DNA of 63,024 bases, filler included, from 8 parts of 8 records of this genome joined end to end with filler, not necessarily neighbours in it; one strand, 5' to 3'; positions 22,956 through 35,602 are shown, counted from the first letter of the whole stretch. The notes: generated from the letters alone by a model not told the origin. Numbers and translations are program-made.

Positions 22956-25900
22956 CGTCACTTGACATGGTGGAGAAGCTGCGGTGCCCAGTCGGAATGG
23001 TTGCTGGGCGACCTGGAAGTGGCGGAGATGTGAGCGGGCCAGTTTTGACACAAACAGTGGAGGTTTCGGAGTAGAAATTGAGTGAGTGAGTGCCGCCCTC
23101 GCGTGCCACTCCACTGGCTTTGTATCCACCGAAGGGCATGTGGAGTTCGCGAAGCAGCCAACAGTTCACCCATATGGTTCCTGCATCTATGCTTGCAGCG
23201 ACATTGTGACCGCGTGACATGGATGTGGTCCACACCTGGGCTGCCAGACCGTACCTGTGAATCATTCAATACGAAGAGACCGCACTTCAGTGATTGAAAA
23301 CCAGGGTGACGACCACCGCTACAATTTGCAAACAGCACCGAAAAAACATGTATGTACGCAAAAGGCCAAAGCCTACTTGGTATCATTTGCAAGCGAAACC
23401 GCTTCATCGTCGGACGTAAATGGGTGAACGGTCACGACAGGCCCGAAAATTTCCTCCTGCACAACTCGGCTGTCGTGAGGCAACCCGCCAAGAATGGTTG
23501 GTCGCCAGAAGTAGCCACCTTCACCAGTCTCTTCTCCATCAGCATCTGTGAAGGATGCCTGAAGCTCTTTCGTACTTGGTGGAACGCCGCCGCACAGGAC
23601 TTCGCCCCCTTCACTACGGGCAAGGTCAACGTACCCGGCAATCTTTGCCCGATGCGCTGCCGACGAGAGTGGGCCCATGTTTGTGTCTGAATGACTTGGG
23701 TTCCCTACCCGCAACGATTCTGCAGCAGCCACTAAGGCGCTAACAAAACGTTCATAGAAGCCCTGGCCATCATCTTCGATCAAGATGCGGCTGCCACATA
23801 GGCAAATTTGACCAGAGTTCAAAAAAGAGCTGCGAATCACGCCGCGAACCGTCGCTTCAAAATCACAGTCAGCAAATACAACGCAAGGATTCTTGCCACC
23901 GAGTTCAAGTGACAGCTTTTTGAACTGTGAGGCTGCAAGAGCAGCCACTTGCGCTCCGGTGGCTGTTCCTCCAGTAAAGGATACGGCAGACACTTGAGGA
24001 TGTGCTACCAGAGGGCCACCACAATCAGCCCCATAACCATGCACAACGTTGAAAACACCATCAGGGAGCCCGGCTTGTTGCAGTGCTCGGGCAAGTAAAA
24101 CAGCCGACCGTGGGGTGACTTCCGAGGGCTTCGCCACGATACTGTTGCCCATCGCCAAAGCTGGGGCCTACGCGTACAAATGCAAAAGAAACCAAATTCA
24201 ACTAGGAGGAACAAAAGAGGCCTATCGCAAGGCAGCTTCGTTGCCGTGCCCATGTCTATGCCTGCTTTCGCAAAGCAAGGTAGCAAGGCAGCACATACCA
24301 GCTTCCACGACAACAAATACAAAGGGAGGTTCCAAGGAGTGACCAAACCCACTACGCCGATCGGTTTGCGGACGGTGTAGGAAGTGCTTTGCAAAAAGTC
24401 TGGGGGGCCATCAATGTGGCGCAATTCGTCAGCGTTGGCGTGCTGCGCTAACCCAGCAAAGAAACGAAGGTTGGCAATCGCTCGAGGAATATCCAAGGCG
24501 CGAGCAAGGCTCAGAGGCTTTCCGGTATCTGCACTTTCGGCATGAACGAATTCCTCAAACATTGGGCCTTCCATTATATCAGCAGCCTGCACATTTCAGA
24601 CGAAACGCAGAATGCGGCATGTTTCACACCTCCCACAACATCGAGCATACCGAATACAACGACAACAGTGAGCAGTTGGCACTTTGCCGTAGACGTACAG
24701 AGGAGAGAACACGGCAGCGCGCTTCCAATGACATCGATGACCACGCGCTTCCTTTGCCAAGGGTTCCAGCCGCCGCTTGAACTGCTGAATCGACATCTGC
24801 ATCAGTTGAAGCTGCAAGAAGGCCATTCACTCGCCCGGTGGCAGGATTTTCGAGCTCTAGTGTGCCACCACCAATGGCTGCGACATCGGCACCATTGATG
24901 AAGTTGTGAACGCGGGGTGGGCTTCCAACAGCGTGGTAAGCTGCGGCAGATACCGTACTGCCAGATGAGTTCGTTGTTTCTGTAGGCACGTTGAGCTTGA
25001 AGAAATCAATGGCATTGCCACCCATCATCCTAGCACGTTGACCATTGGTCAAAAATCCGGCCGTCTGGTTGGCCTGACATACGCGCCCAGTGATATCATT
25101 CTGACTCAGCTCTGAGCACAAAAGCGAAAAAACACCGCACAGTTGCACCCCTGGCAAAGACTGACCACCAAGTCTCCAATTTTCTGCTCACCCAGCGGGA
25201 AAGGGTAGTCCGAGCCCAACATGATACGGTCTGAGCCGAATACATCAGTGAGCAGCTGTTTTCAACAGAGTGGTGCGAGTGAAAAGCAAAAGAAGGCAAT
25301 ATCGTCATGGCACAACAGCGACAATCCGAATCAGAGAATAGTGCGCGCGCGATGGTGTGTCTGCTGGGGGAAGGCGTTGTGCACAGCGTGCAGACGTACC
25401 TTGAGCGCACCACTGTCAAACACTGCGGAGTCAACGCTGAAACGGTCGCAATAGTGAGAAGGGGGGTGCTGTGACTTTCCACGAGCAATGCTGCGCTCTC
25501 GCCATGCGTTGTCCAGACGTCCAAGCAAATACGGAAAGGCGCCACCACCGTGCGCGAAACACAGCCGCAGGCTCTCGGGTAATCGATCAAAGGCGCCACC
25601 AAGAATCATTGACTATGTGTACATTCAATGCAGTTACGACAAGAACATGCAAAAGTGTGTGCAAAAATGCGCAACAAAAAGTTTCGGACGCGCAGAGCTC
25701 ATCAAGTGACTGTTCAAGCAGTTCTTTCATCACGAAGGCAGACAGTACAGTTGCGGGAGGCTAGAGGCGAGAAAGAAGAAAAACAGGGCGGCAAACATCG
25801 TGAAACAATTCGGCCCTGCTCAGCAACTGGGCCAAACTTACCACGATTGACAAGTGCGTCTCCAAAGGCATGCCGACAGTCCATCCCATCATGTACTTCT

Positions 25901-28308
25901 CCAATCGACCACTCATCATGTCCATGTCCCATGGGTGCACAAGCACAGGGATATCTTTTTCAGCACAGTGCTGCGCGTACACGTCAAATGCACGACAGCA
26001 ATAGGCAAATGAAAAAACAAATTTGTCAGATACAACAGAGCAACACGTGAGTCTTTGCTGTTGTCATGACAACTGTTATGACTCGTACTTGGAGGAATGT
26101 GATGAGTCCTTCATCGTCTAAGTCCTTGTTTCCGACGTGGTTTCCAATTTGAACTCCAACCTGAACCGTGCATAAATCGGGCCACATTGGAAAGTGAGCT
26201 AAACCACAAATACCAAGTGCATGCCGGCACTGCAATCCAAGAACTCACTGCTCGAGGACCGTCACCGCAGCAAACACGTTCAACTTCTCGGCAAGAAAGG
26301 TCAATATCTTGCAGTGGAACTTGACAAAGACCATGAAGCCTTCCGTGGGTCGTTGTCTTGTCGTCACAGAGACCGACGATGTAGTCGTTCATGTGTTGTG
26401 CTACGGCCAGTGCCTCTGATGCTGGACGATCCCACTGAAATAGAATTGGCGTCGCGCACACGATTTGATGATGAATTCCTGCATGGTCGAGATCGGACAA
26501 GCGCGCATCTATATTTTGATGGGCCACGTATCGACAGGCAAATAGAGACAGGCAAGTAAGGGGCGCGCGCACACACACACACAGTCAATTGACAGCGAGC
26601 AACGATCAACAGGACACATGTATTAGAGATGCCTGGGCAACAACGAGATGCTGCACGTGCACACCGGAACGTACCAACGTCCCAACATGCTTTTGTAACT
26701 GGTCGGAAGTCCTTCTGCCCCTTCATTAGCATCGCAGAGGCATGGTGATCGTAACCAAACTTCTGTGACACGTCAGGTAAATCGGTGTGTCGCATCCATG
26801 GCCTGACGCAGATCGATGGGCAGCAAGATATTTGATCACTTCAGGGACACAGAAGACCTTCATGTCGACATTGTCAAAGGAGCCATGGGAGGAACATTTG
26901 GGAAACGCACCACTCTGAACCACCAAACTTCTCGGCAAAATCAGGCCACTCCCGCGGAAGAAAGTGGGAGTGCATGTCCACTACAGTTGGTGTCTTGCCG
27001 TTGGTGCTCGAGGTTGCACTTGTGCTGAAAGTACGGCGTGCTGGACCATTGATCTCGAGGCCGCCTCCAGCACCGCCTGCGATCGAGATCGCACGGTCAC
27101 GGCGGGACAACTTTCTCGCAACTCTGTTGCTGATACTCACTGCGACGCCTCCTGACTCCACGCGCAGAGACGCCCCGAGAGGCTCTTGCACCAATGTCAT
27201 ATCACCATCACGCAGTGGCAACAAAGGAAGACCTGGAGCACTCTCGGCCTGCACGAGTTCGCTGGTGCCACTGAGCTGGTAGATGAAAGACTCGTCAGCA
27301 CCCACTCCTCCTACACCGTGAGTTAGCACAGGCTCTGCAACGCCCCGATCCATGCGAGCTGGCATTTCACATGGGCCCTTGTGAACATGCATCACAAATT
27401 CGGAGTCGAACACAACGTGGGATCCAGCTGGCTGGTCTGCAATCCACGATTCCAGGTGAAAAGGTTCTGGCGGGATGGCAACGGGGTCTTCGGGGGTAGG
27501 CCTTTGGGTGAGGGACAAAAGTGCGATGGTGAGACAACCTTGAATAACCGGCAGAAAAATCACAACTTCTCATCAGGAATATGATGGGAAGTGCATCGTT
27601 GCAGAGTTTCCAAACTCACCGGACCGCCATCCCATGCTCCCATCCAGGCACTGTCGCTGCGGCAGTAGCAGCATCCGATTGCAAATACGCTTCGTGCTGT
27701 TCGATCACTGGCTTGAGTTGCGTCCCAAGGTTGTGGCAGTGGAACCACTGGCGATACTGTGGGTCCAGCACGTCGGGTCGCTCCTGGGTTGCTGCGCCAA
27801 CGTCGGCGTACCACTGCACGGCGTCCAACTCTGACAGCGAGCGTTCTCGCTCAAAAACAAACCCAACCGAGCCCGCCTCGCGAGTGGGGTTGTGCGGCAC
27901 TGACGACTGCAGCAGCCAAACGTAACCTGGAGGAAGGTGCACAGGACGCTGCACATTGCCATTCTGCACGATGTTGACCACAGCATTGCCCTTCAACTGC
28001 CAGAAGAGTTCTTCACCTCTCTGCAGGTGGTAGTCGGTCCTCTGGTTGGGCCCGCCCACGATCATCACCTTGAGTGCGTCCTCATACATGAGCCTGTTTG
28101 CAACTGGCGGCTTGAGCTTGTCTTTGTTCGACTCAAACCACGCGGAGAATGACATCACCTGCCCCACTGCCGGGCTCTGGCAACTGCTGGAGCCTTCCTG
28201 CACGGCACCAGCAGCACTAGCAGCAGCAGCGTGTTGGCAACGGGCTCCACCTTGTTGAACAGCTGAGAAGCTGCGTCGGTTGCTGTTGTTGTTGCTGTTG
28301 TTGTTGTT
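22414..28308 (-). CDS. Kynurenine-pathway polyprotein HAAO-ACMSD-ALDH8A1-RidA, multi-exon, 5' truncated
   Basis: Four recognisable domains. Each junction lies within one stop-free ORF (26874-27563, 24624-25157, 22414-23265). The frame is open to the contig end at 28308. Confidence 0.88.
23050..24915 (-). CDS. ALDH8A1: 2-aminomuconate semialdehyde dehydrogenase domain (ALDH8A1-like)
   Basis: [71 protein letters not shown]. Confidence 0.9.
24990..26985 (-). CDS. ACMSD: 2-amino-3-carboxymuconate-6-semialdehyde decarboxylase domain
   Basis: [60 protein letters not shown]. Confidence 0.92.
27120..28155 (-). CDS. HAAO: 3-hydroxyanthranilate 3,4-dioxygenase domain of the polyprotein
   Basis: [51 protein letters not shown] second cupin-like half follows intron 27502-27619. 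Confidence 0.92.
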
Positions 28309-28408
28309 NNNNNNNNNNNNNNNNNNNNNNNNNNNNNNNNNNNNNNNNNNNNTTAATTAATTAANNNNNNNNNNNNNNNNNNNNNNNNNNNNNNNNNNNN
28401 NNNNNNNN
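28309..28408. other. Artificial contig linker
   Basis: Same spacer. Confidence 0.99.
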
Positions 28409-28479
28409 GTGCGTGTGTGTGTGTGCGTGTGCGTGTGTTTCCTTTGTGTGTGATTCTGCTTCAGAAACAGTGAGTTGAG

Positions 28480-29937
28480 ATGCTGAGCCGTGTGCTTCGC
28501 GGCGCTGGCCCGGGCTTGTCGGCTGCCCTGAGCCGCCCCTCCCACTCCCACCAGAGAGGTGGAGCATGTGCCAGGAGGCAGGGCGTGCGAATGTTCCAAG
28601 TGTTTGCACCGCTGCACCAACCGCACTCGAGCGGGCTTCCAGCAGGCCGAAAAGACAGAGAAGAAGAGGAAGAATTAGAAGCCCCTGCGTCTCAAGGGCG
28701 TGGACTGAAAGTTCACTCGTTCTCCAGCGAGCTTCAGCGCCTCGCTTTGGCACCCTTTGCCTTTGCCACTGGATCGTCGGCCTCGTCCTCCACGCAGGTG
28801 CGTCGGCTCGCTCACCTTTGTTTTTCTCCTGCATGGCGTCGTACGCGTTCCCGCAAGCAACTGCCGGAAACCAATCGCTCAAATGTGAAACTTCGTGCAA
28901 CCTGCGTTTTCTTGCAGGTGTTGGCAACTGCCGTTGGGAGTGTCCCTGCTCCACTTGTCGGTCCGCTGGCTGTGAAGGCATTACAGATACTCCCTCCACT
29001 GGCTTGTCAGGCTGCCTTTCTGGCCCCTCTAGATGCAATGAAATCCATCAAAGCAACGGGCACAACAGGAGATCTTCCTCTCATTCCATACGCGTCAATG
29101 GCTTTGAACGGCGTGCTGTGGGTTACTTATGGTGTGTATGCAGTTCAGTGCTTCATTCAGCCAGTCGATACGGGTCCGCATGACAGTCATTAATTTGTCC
29201 CAGTTCCATTGGATTTACTGCTGCATCCGCGACAGGTCTCCTCAAATCTGACCCCACGATCTGGGCCCCTAACATCACTGCATTGGCAATGGGAAGCTAC
29301 TATTGGAAGACCTACGCAAATCACACCCCTGCAGATTTCAACATGACACCTTATTATGCTGGTGGCGCTCTCGTGAGTGCTGGTATTGTGGGAACAGCTC
29401 TCTTTGCAGATGCAGATATCGCGGTCAATGCGCTTGGACTTGTTGGGAACGGAATTGTGGTGCTCATGTTTGGCGGGTGAGCGCCTGTTTGGCTTGGTTG
29501 TGCGTTCTTCACCGTGGTCCAATGATCGAAGCTGTTGATCCTTTTCTTTGCTGTTCTTAACTCATCGTTCCACTGTGATGGTCACCCGTTGTAGGCCTCT
29601 GGCAGCCATAAAGACGGTAATTCGAGACAAATCGACCAAAGCCTTGCCATTTGCTATGACAATTGCCACCTTTGCCAACTGCAGTCTCTGGTTTTCCTAT
29701 GGATTTCTTGTCGTGCACGATCCTTACATTTGGTTCTGCAATGGGCTCGGTAAGAGCTGCGCGGAAACGCTTGAAGGAAGTGGTTGCTAGGAGTTACCGA
29801 CCAATTTCATGCGCGATTGTGTCAAGTCCGTTTTTCAGAATGCATGTTTGTCTTCGCCTGCAGGCCTGCTCTCTGCGTCGGTCCAAATTGGACTATTTGC
29901 AAAGTACGGTATTCATCGTGAGTCAGATCAAAAATAG
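28480..29937 (+). CDS. SWEET (MtN3/saliva) sugar transporter with N-terminal extension, multi-exon
   Basis: Two MtN3 repeats: FLAPL..IK..TG.LPLIPY...LWVTYG...PN and MFGG|PLAAIKTVIRDKSTKALPF...LWFSYG...DPYIWFCNGLG. Confidence 0.9.
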
Positions 29938-30161
29938 AAAGTTCCATTTCACCCAGCAGCATCCGAAACCCACTTGTTTTGTGACGCCCGGCTGCAATCT
30001 GGCAAGATTGGCGAAAATGTGATTGTTCCTGACAAGCTACGTCATTCAGGCGTCACGAGGCATGTGCAGTCGCCTTTTCCAGTCGCCGAAGCTCACGCAC
30101 CATCGACACAAACGCTCCCGTTAATTAATAAAATGAGTAAATCCTAACGCCTACTAACAGC

Positions 30162-33100
30162 TTATCTCTTCTTCAGCGACTTTTTGGCCTCACCAACTGC
30201 TTTCATAACACGCTTAATTTCTTTTTCTTCAGCTTTGGTCGTGAAGCGCTTGAGCTCCTGCTTCAAGTTTGTCTGACGTGCATGCATTGCGCAAATTATG
30301 TCAAACGCGCGACAATCGACAGTGACGATGGGGAGGAGAAGCAAAACCGCCAGACTCACCTTGATGTGCAGAAATTGCGCTCTATTTTTGGGGTCATAGT
30401 CCCCCCAAGGATTGGGGGCTTGAACCAAGCGAACAATTGTCTGGAACACGTCTGGATCAACACCGTCAGATGCGGATCCAATGGAACTGGCAGCCGGCGT
30501 TGACTCACCACCAATGTTGCTGGCACTTTCGTTCATCTTCGCGGGCGGAGGGCCGCCTGGGGGCGCTGGTTCAGCCTCATCATGATCGTCGCCAGCCTGT
30601 TCCGCTATTGCAAGCTGCTTAAGTCGTTCTTCACGCTGCACGTACAGTCACGGCAAAATTAGCGGCAAGGAAAGTTGAAAACGCCAGAATGACAATCGCC
30701 TGTAAGACCGTGCGTGGAGTATGGGTGGCCGACCTGAATCCTAAGGCGTTCTGAGCGAGATCGCGGGGACAAATTCAGGTCTCTTTCGGGATCAATCGGT
30801 GGCTCTGATCCAGCCTGGTGAAGGCACCGAGCGTATATTTGCCAAGCAAAGCGATGCATGCCAAAAATATTCAGAGCGCGGCATCCATGAACGAACAATC
30901 CAAATCAACAGCAACTGCGGAACTGCACGAAGCATGCAGTGACTATGTGGTGCTGGGTTCAAACCTGGCCGTTTCGACGAAGTTGTTCTTGCTCTTTCTG
31001 AGCTTTCAGAACAGCTTCTTGCTGCTTCTCCCAGGCTTTTAGCTCGTCCGCGTATTTTACTTTTTTTTGCCACTTTGTCACGTAGTAGTTTGCGTCGTGT
31101 TTCTTCTTTCGCAGTGCTTTTTGAATGTGAGAAATCTCTTTGGCGGTGACAATGTTGCGTGCAATTGCCTGGAATTTAGCGCAAGCATGTACCACCCACC
31201 CATCATCAGTGCTAAAAAAAAGCACACAACAGAAAGCAGTCAGTCGTGCTTCTTCATTTGCTGAGATAGCGTACCATGCCTAAAACAAGTGTCAACGGAC
31301 TGTCAGTACCAGTAATACCGGCTAAATTCGCCAAGGCCTGGAGGGCCTTCTGCCTCGCTGCAGGGTCAACGCTGTTGCTTTGCTCCTTGGCATCTGCTTC
31401 TTGCGCGGTGTTGCCAGACTGGGAATTGTTGGTAACGGCTACACTAGAGTCTGTCGTTCTCGCGTTGGTCTCTGCAAGTGCAGTCTCTGCTTCGCGTTGC
31501 TGTGCGTCTTCCTGCTCCTTCTTCCTTTGCTCCTCTTCCTTACGCCGCTCTTGTTCGGCTCTCTCCTGTGCTTCAAGTTCTGCCTGTTCCTTTTTTTTCT
31601 GCTCGTGCAGCTTTCTCTGGGCCTCCTTCTCCTCCTCCTCCGCTTGCTGTTGCCGCTTGGCCGCTTCTTGCGCTTCTTGAGCTTTTCGAGCAGCCTCTGC
31701 TTTGGCCCTTTCTTCCTTGGCCTTCTCCTCCTCCAACTGTTGCCGCTGTCGCTCTTCTTCCGCTGCAAGTTTTCGCTGCCGTTCAGCCTCTGCTTCTTCT
31801 GCTTCTTGTTTTCTTTGGCGTTCTTGCTCGGCGGCTGCCGCTTTTTGTTCTGCATCTTTCCGTATGCGCTCTTGCTCCGCTCGCTCAAGTTCTTCCTTCT
31901 GCCTCCGTTCTTGCTCAGCTTTTTCCCTCTCTTCCTCTGCTTTTCTCCTGCGCTCGTGCTCCGCCTTTTCTTCCTCCTCCTTTCTTCGGCGCTCTTGCTC
32001 AGTTTTCTTTCTCTCCTCCTCCTTCGCCTCCTCCGCTTTTCGCATACGCTCTTGCTCAGCCTTTGCCTCTGCGTCTCTTCGTTTTCGTTCCTTCTCAACC
32101 TCTTCTTCCTTGGCCTGTCGCTGTTGTTCTTGCTCAGCTTTTTCCTTTTCTTCTATGCGACGCTGTGCTTCGGCCGCATCCAGCTCCGAGATGTTCTGAC
32201 TTTGTGGGTCGGGGGCAGCTTGTGTTTTCGATTGTTCGCCGGCTCCTTCCTGATCTCCAACACTCTGCGAAGGAGCTGCCGCAGCACCGCCAACTGCTTG
32301 CACTTGACTCTTCGCTTCTGTGTTGTTTTCAGTCCGCTGGCTCTGGTCGTCGACTTCAGTGCCTTGTTCCATCGAACCCAAGTCCCCGGGAATATTTTCC
32401 ACATCGGCTTCATGCTGAGGAGCGGCTGCTGCTGTCTTTACATCTACGTTGTGTGCGCTCGCAGTGGAGCCGTCAACAGCGTGCGCGTCTTGGTGATTTG
32501 CAATGCTCTCATTTGAGCGCGCAGCCGCATCATCCTCCCTGCTATCCACACCGTGATCACTAGACGATCGTCTGAATTCAATCGGGGACGGACCCGGTTG
32601 CGAGGTATCGGCAATTTGAGCGGGCTCGTTTGCCTGCGTCGTCAACTCGGACGATGGAGCAGAGCTAGGCATGTGGACATTGTCGCTCGCAGCCTGATCT
32701 GAAGACAGTTCCGCTGCCTGTGTTAGACTGGGACTGTCATTGGAAATGACACCTGCCCGTGAGTCACTATCTTCAGCAATCGATGGCGGCGGAGGCGCAG
32801 CAATGATGGCGTCATTAACGATAGCTGAGTCGGATTCCAGTGTGGCGGGAGGCGGAGGAGGGCTTGCTGTGCTTGAATCAATCTCTCCAAAATTCTTCAT
32901 GTCAGGGCTTTTCTCCTCCGATGAAATAGTGTCACTGCCTTCTCGAGCGCGAGAAATCAATTTCTCGAGTGAAAGGCCTGACTTGCTCGCCCATCCAACT
33001 TCCCCAGTCATCTATCAGTATCAACAAAAATGCAACAGAATTGTCACCGACCAAACATCGTGCATGTTGTGTCATGTTTTGCCAAGAATGAAAGCCATTG

Positions 33101-33343
33101 ATTCCAAACGTTCCCACAAACGAACGCAATCGGCAAAGCAAACAACGCTAGGCAATCCACACCCACTGCGAAACAAACACTCACTCTGTCTTGAAAGTAG
33201 CGCGTGCGGTATTGTGAGTCGATGAACCACATCCGCTGCCAGTCTGCCGGCAGCTCCCACGTCGTTGAGCCAGTGAGCTCATTGTGGAAAAAGTAGCGCC
33301 CAGAACGGGTATCAAATAGGCATTCCCACGTCTGTTGCTCCAT
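30162..33343 (-). CDS. WW-domain protein with charged E/R/K helical region, multi-exon
   Basis: N-terminal WECLFD..GRYFFHNELTGSTTWELP plus a second degenerate WW. Long EQERRRKAEEE-type region in 31254-33011. Further exons to the stop at 30162. Confidence 0.75.
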
Positions 33344-33651
33344 TGAGAGACGTTTCTCCGGGCCAAGACCCAAGAACGGGCAACAGTCAGTCCAAGCAGC
33401 CGTTCAAGGACGCAATATCGGGACTCTTGATCAAGAGCCTAACCGCTGCGTACAACAATACTCAGCCCTTGCACGCACACGCAAGCGCTCTAGCACACGC
33501 AGTGAAGAAACGACGTCAAAAAAGGTTCTGCACAGCTTCTTTTTTGTGAAAAGACAACCTATTGACGTGGAGAGATCAGACAGATCACCTTGGTTCTCGC
33601 ACGATTGCTGCATTTCACATATTCAACACCGCACCTGCCCAACCCGACGCA

Positions 33652-33751
33652 NNNNNNNNNNNNNNNNNNNNNNNNNNNNNNNNNNNNNNNNNNNNTTAAT
33701 TAATTAANNNNNNNNNNNNNNNNNNNNNNNNNNNNNNNNNNNNNNNNNNNN
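33652..33751. other. Artificial contig linker
   Basis: Same spacer. Confidence 0.99.
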
Positions 33752-35397
33752 GGCGACGACAGTGACGAAATGGATGTTTCCTGCGGACAGCGCACGATTT
33801 TGCTCGTTTACGACACGTTCGAGCTCTCTTGGGACTGCTGCAACATCTACCGTCGGTGCACCGACCCGGACTGGCATCATCACGAAATATTTCTCCGCGA
33901 GAAGAGCGCTCTTCGGCAGCTGGGCGCGGAGCTGCGGCGCAAACTCCGCGACAGCTTCAACTTTGCAGAAATGACCCTGGAAGAAGATTTGAGGAACTGC
34001 GCCCCTGTGCCTAGCCACGACGTGGCAGTCTTGCTGCAGCATGATTGGCCCACCGTTAATGAAAACCCTGGGTGGTTGTTACAGTTTACGAACTTTGTGC
34101 AGATGACACCGATAGTCCCAAACTACACCGAGGTATTTTTACGCACACAAATACTCACACACGCATGCACATGCTTACAATTGCAGACGAAAATCGAGAA
34201 TCCATCTTGACTGTATCGGCTTGTTCATTGCTGATTTGCTTGGAAGTTTTGCGCCTAATTTTTGTCGGTGACTGTTCTGGTGTGTCTTGCTGTGCAGATG
34301 TTTGACCTGTACAACAAGACAACATACCTTCGCAAATTGCTGGCTGCAAACGCCGCACAACGTGAGGCTTCTTCCCCTGGACATGTTGGTGCTGGTCGTA
34401 CTGCAGGACCTGACGAAATTCCATTGCTGCCAACCATCATTGTTGGGCCGGATACCGATGTGCTGAATCTTGCCAGACGTGTTATGCAGTCGTTTCGTGG
34501 AGACCAGTTTGTTGTCAAGGAAAATTTCTCTGCTGGGAAAGAAGGAGTGTCTTTCATGAAGATGGATCGTGTGGCAGATCCAGACGGAGCACGCCTTGCC
34601 CGCGACCTGGAAGCGCACCGCTTTATGATGCAAGCCAGATCCAATGCAAACCAAATCATCGCTCCAGAGTTTGTCGTGCAGGAATTTGAACCAGAGTTTG
34701 AAACGGCGGCCGAGGTAGGAGCACGTCTACTCGCTGATCGCTGGCTCATGCTTGAATGGGCCACGTGAGACCCCTTCGAGTTGACATGTATATCACGGTT
34801 GCTTTGATTCAGATTCGGATGTTCTACATCGAAGGCGAATTTGTTTATGCCGTTGATCACGTCGGTTGGATCGGGCCAGGAAGTTGGCCAACGCCTCAGC
34901 AGGACCCCCGAATTTTAGAACCACTCCAGCGGAGCGTGCGGCTGATAATGCGGGTTCTTCCATCGCTCCAGCATTTGTACGTGGTCGCATTGATTTCCAG
35001 CTCCCTTTGTAATTGCATCGAGTCAATGGAAACAAATCTATACCGCACACTCACCAACAGTGTCTTATGATACGCGTAGGTATTTAGTTCGTTTTGACTT
35101 CGGTCCCAATGGTCGCCTGAATGAGATTGAGATTTTTCCCGACATGTTTGGAGGTGAGGACCTCACATCCTTCGTTTCTGCAACCGTCGATCGCTCTTCA
35201 GCGCCGCACGCCCGCACCTGGTTGCTGTCATGAAAATAAGATCTGGTCGTGACACAATTGAGCTGTGCTATTCCAACTTGTGGTTCTTCATAGGTCCAAT
35301 GTGTTCGCTGAAAACCCAGGAGTGGGAGCTGTTTCGGGATAGACTCTCGGATGCGCTGGTCCGATCTATTCATCGCAGACTGTCGCGCAGCGTCTGA
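33752..35397 (+). CDS. ATP-grasp-like protein, 5' truncated, multi-exon
   Basis: FVVKENFSAGKEGV, FVVQEFEP, IRMFYIEGEF and VRFDF...LNEIE occur in ATP-grasp order across GT-AG introns. Confidence 0.65.
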
Positions 35398-35602
35398 GGC
35401 AGGTCGCAGCTCACATGAGGGTTTTATTTTAATAAAATGAAATAACAATTAATAGCACTTTGGGCAACGCGCTATTGGATGAACCATGGCGTGGGCATGC
35501 TTGAACCCCGAATGGTTGTTGTGCAAGTCTGGCGACAACTAAAGCTCTGGTTTGAAAGTATTCTGAAACCCAGATCCGAAACATTTTAAATATAAACAAG
35601 AA

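Noticed and set aside
31276-32563. Long plus-strand ORFs rich in Leu, Phe, Ser and Cys
   Set aside because: Antisense shadows of the E/K/R-rich coding region on the minus strand.
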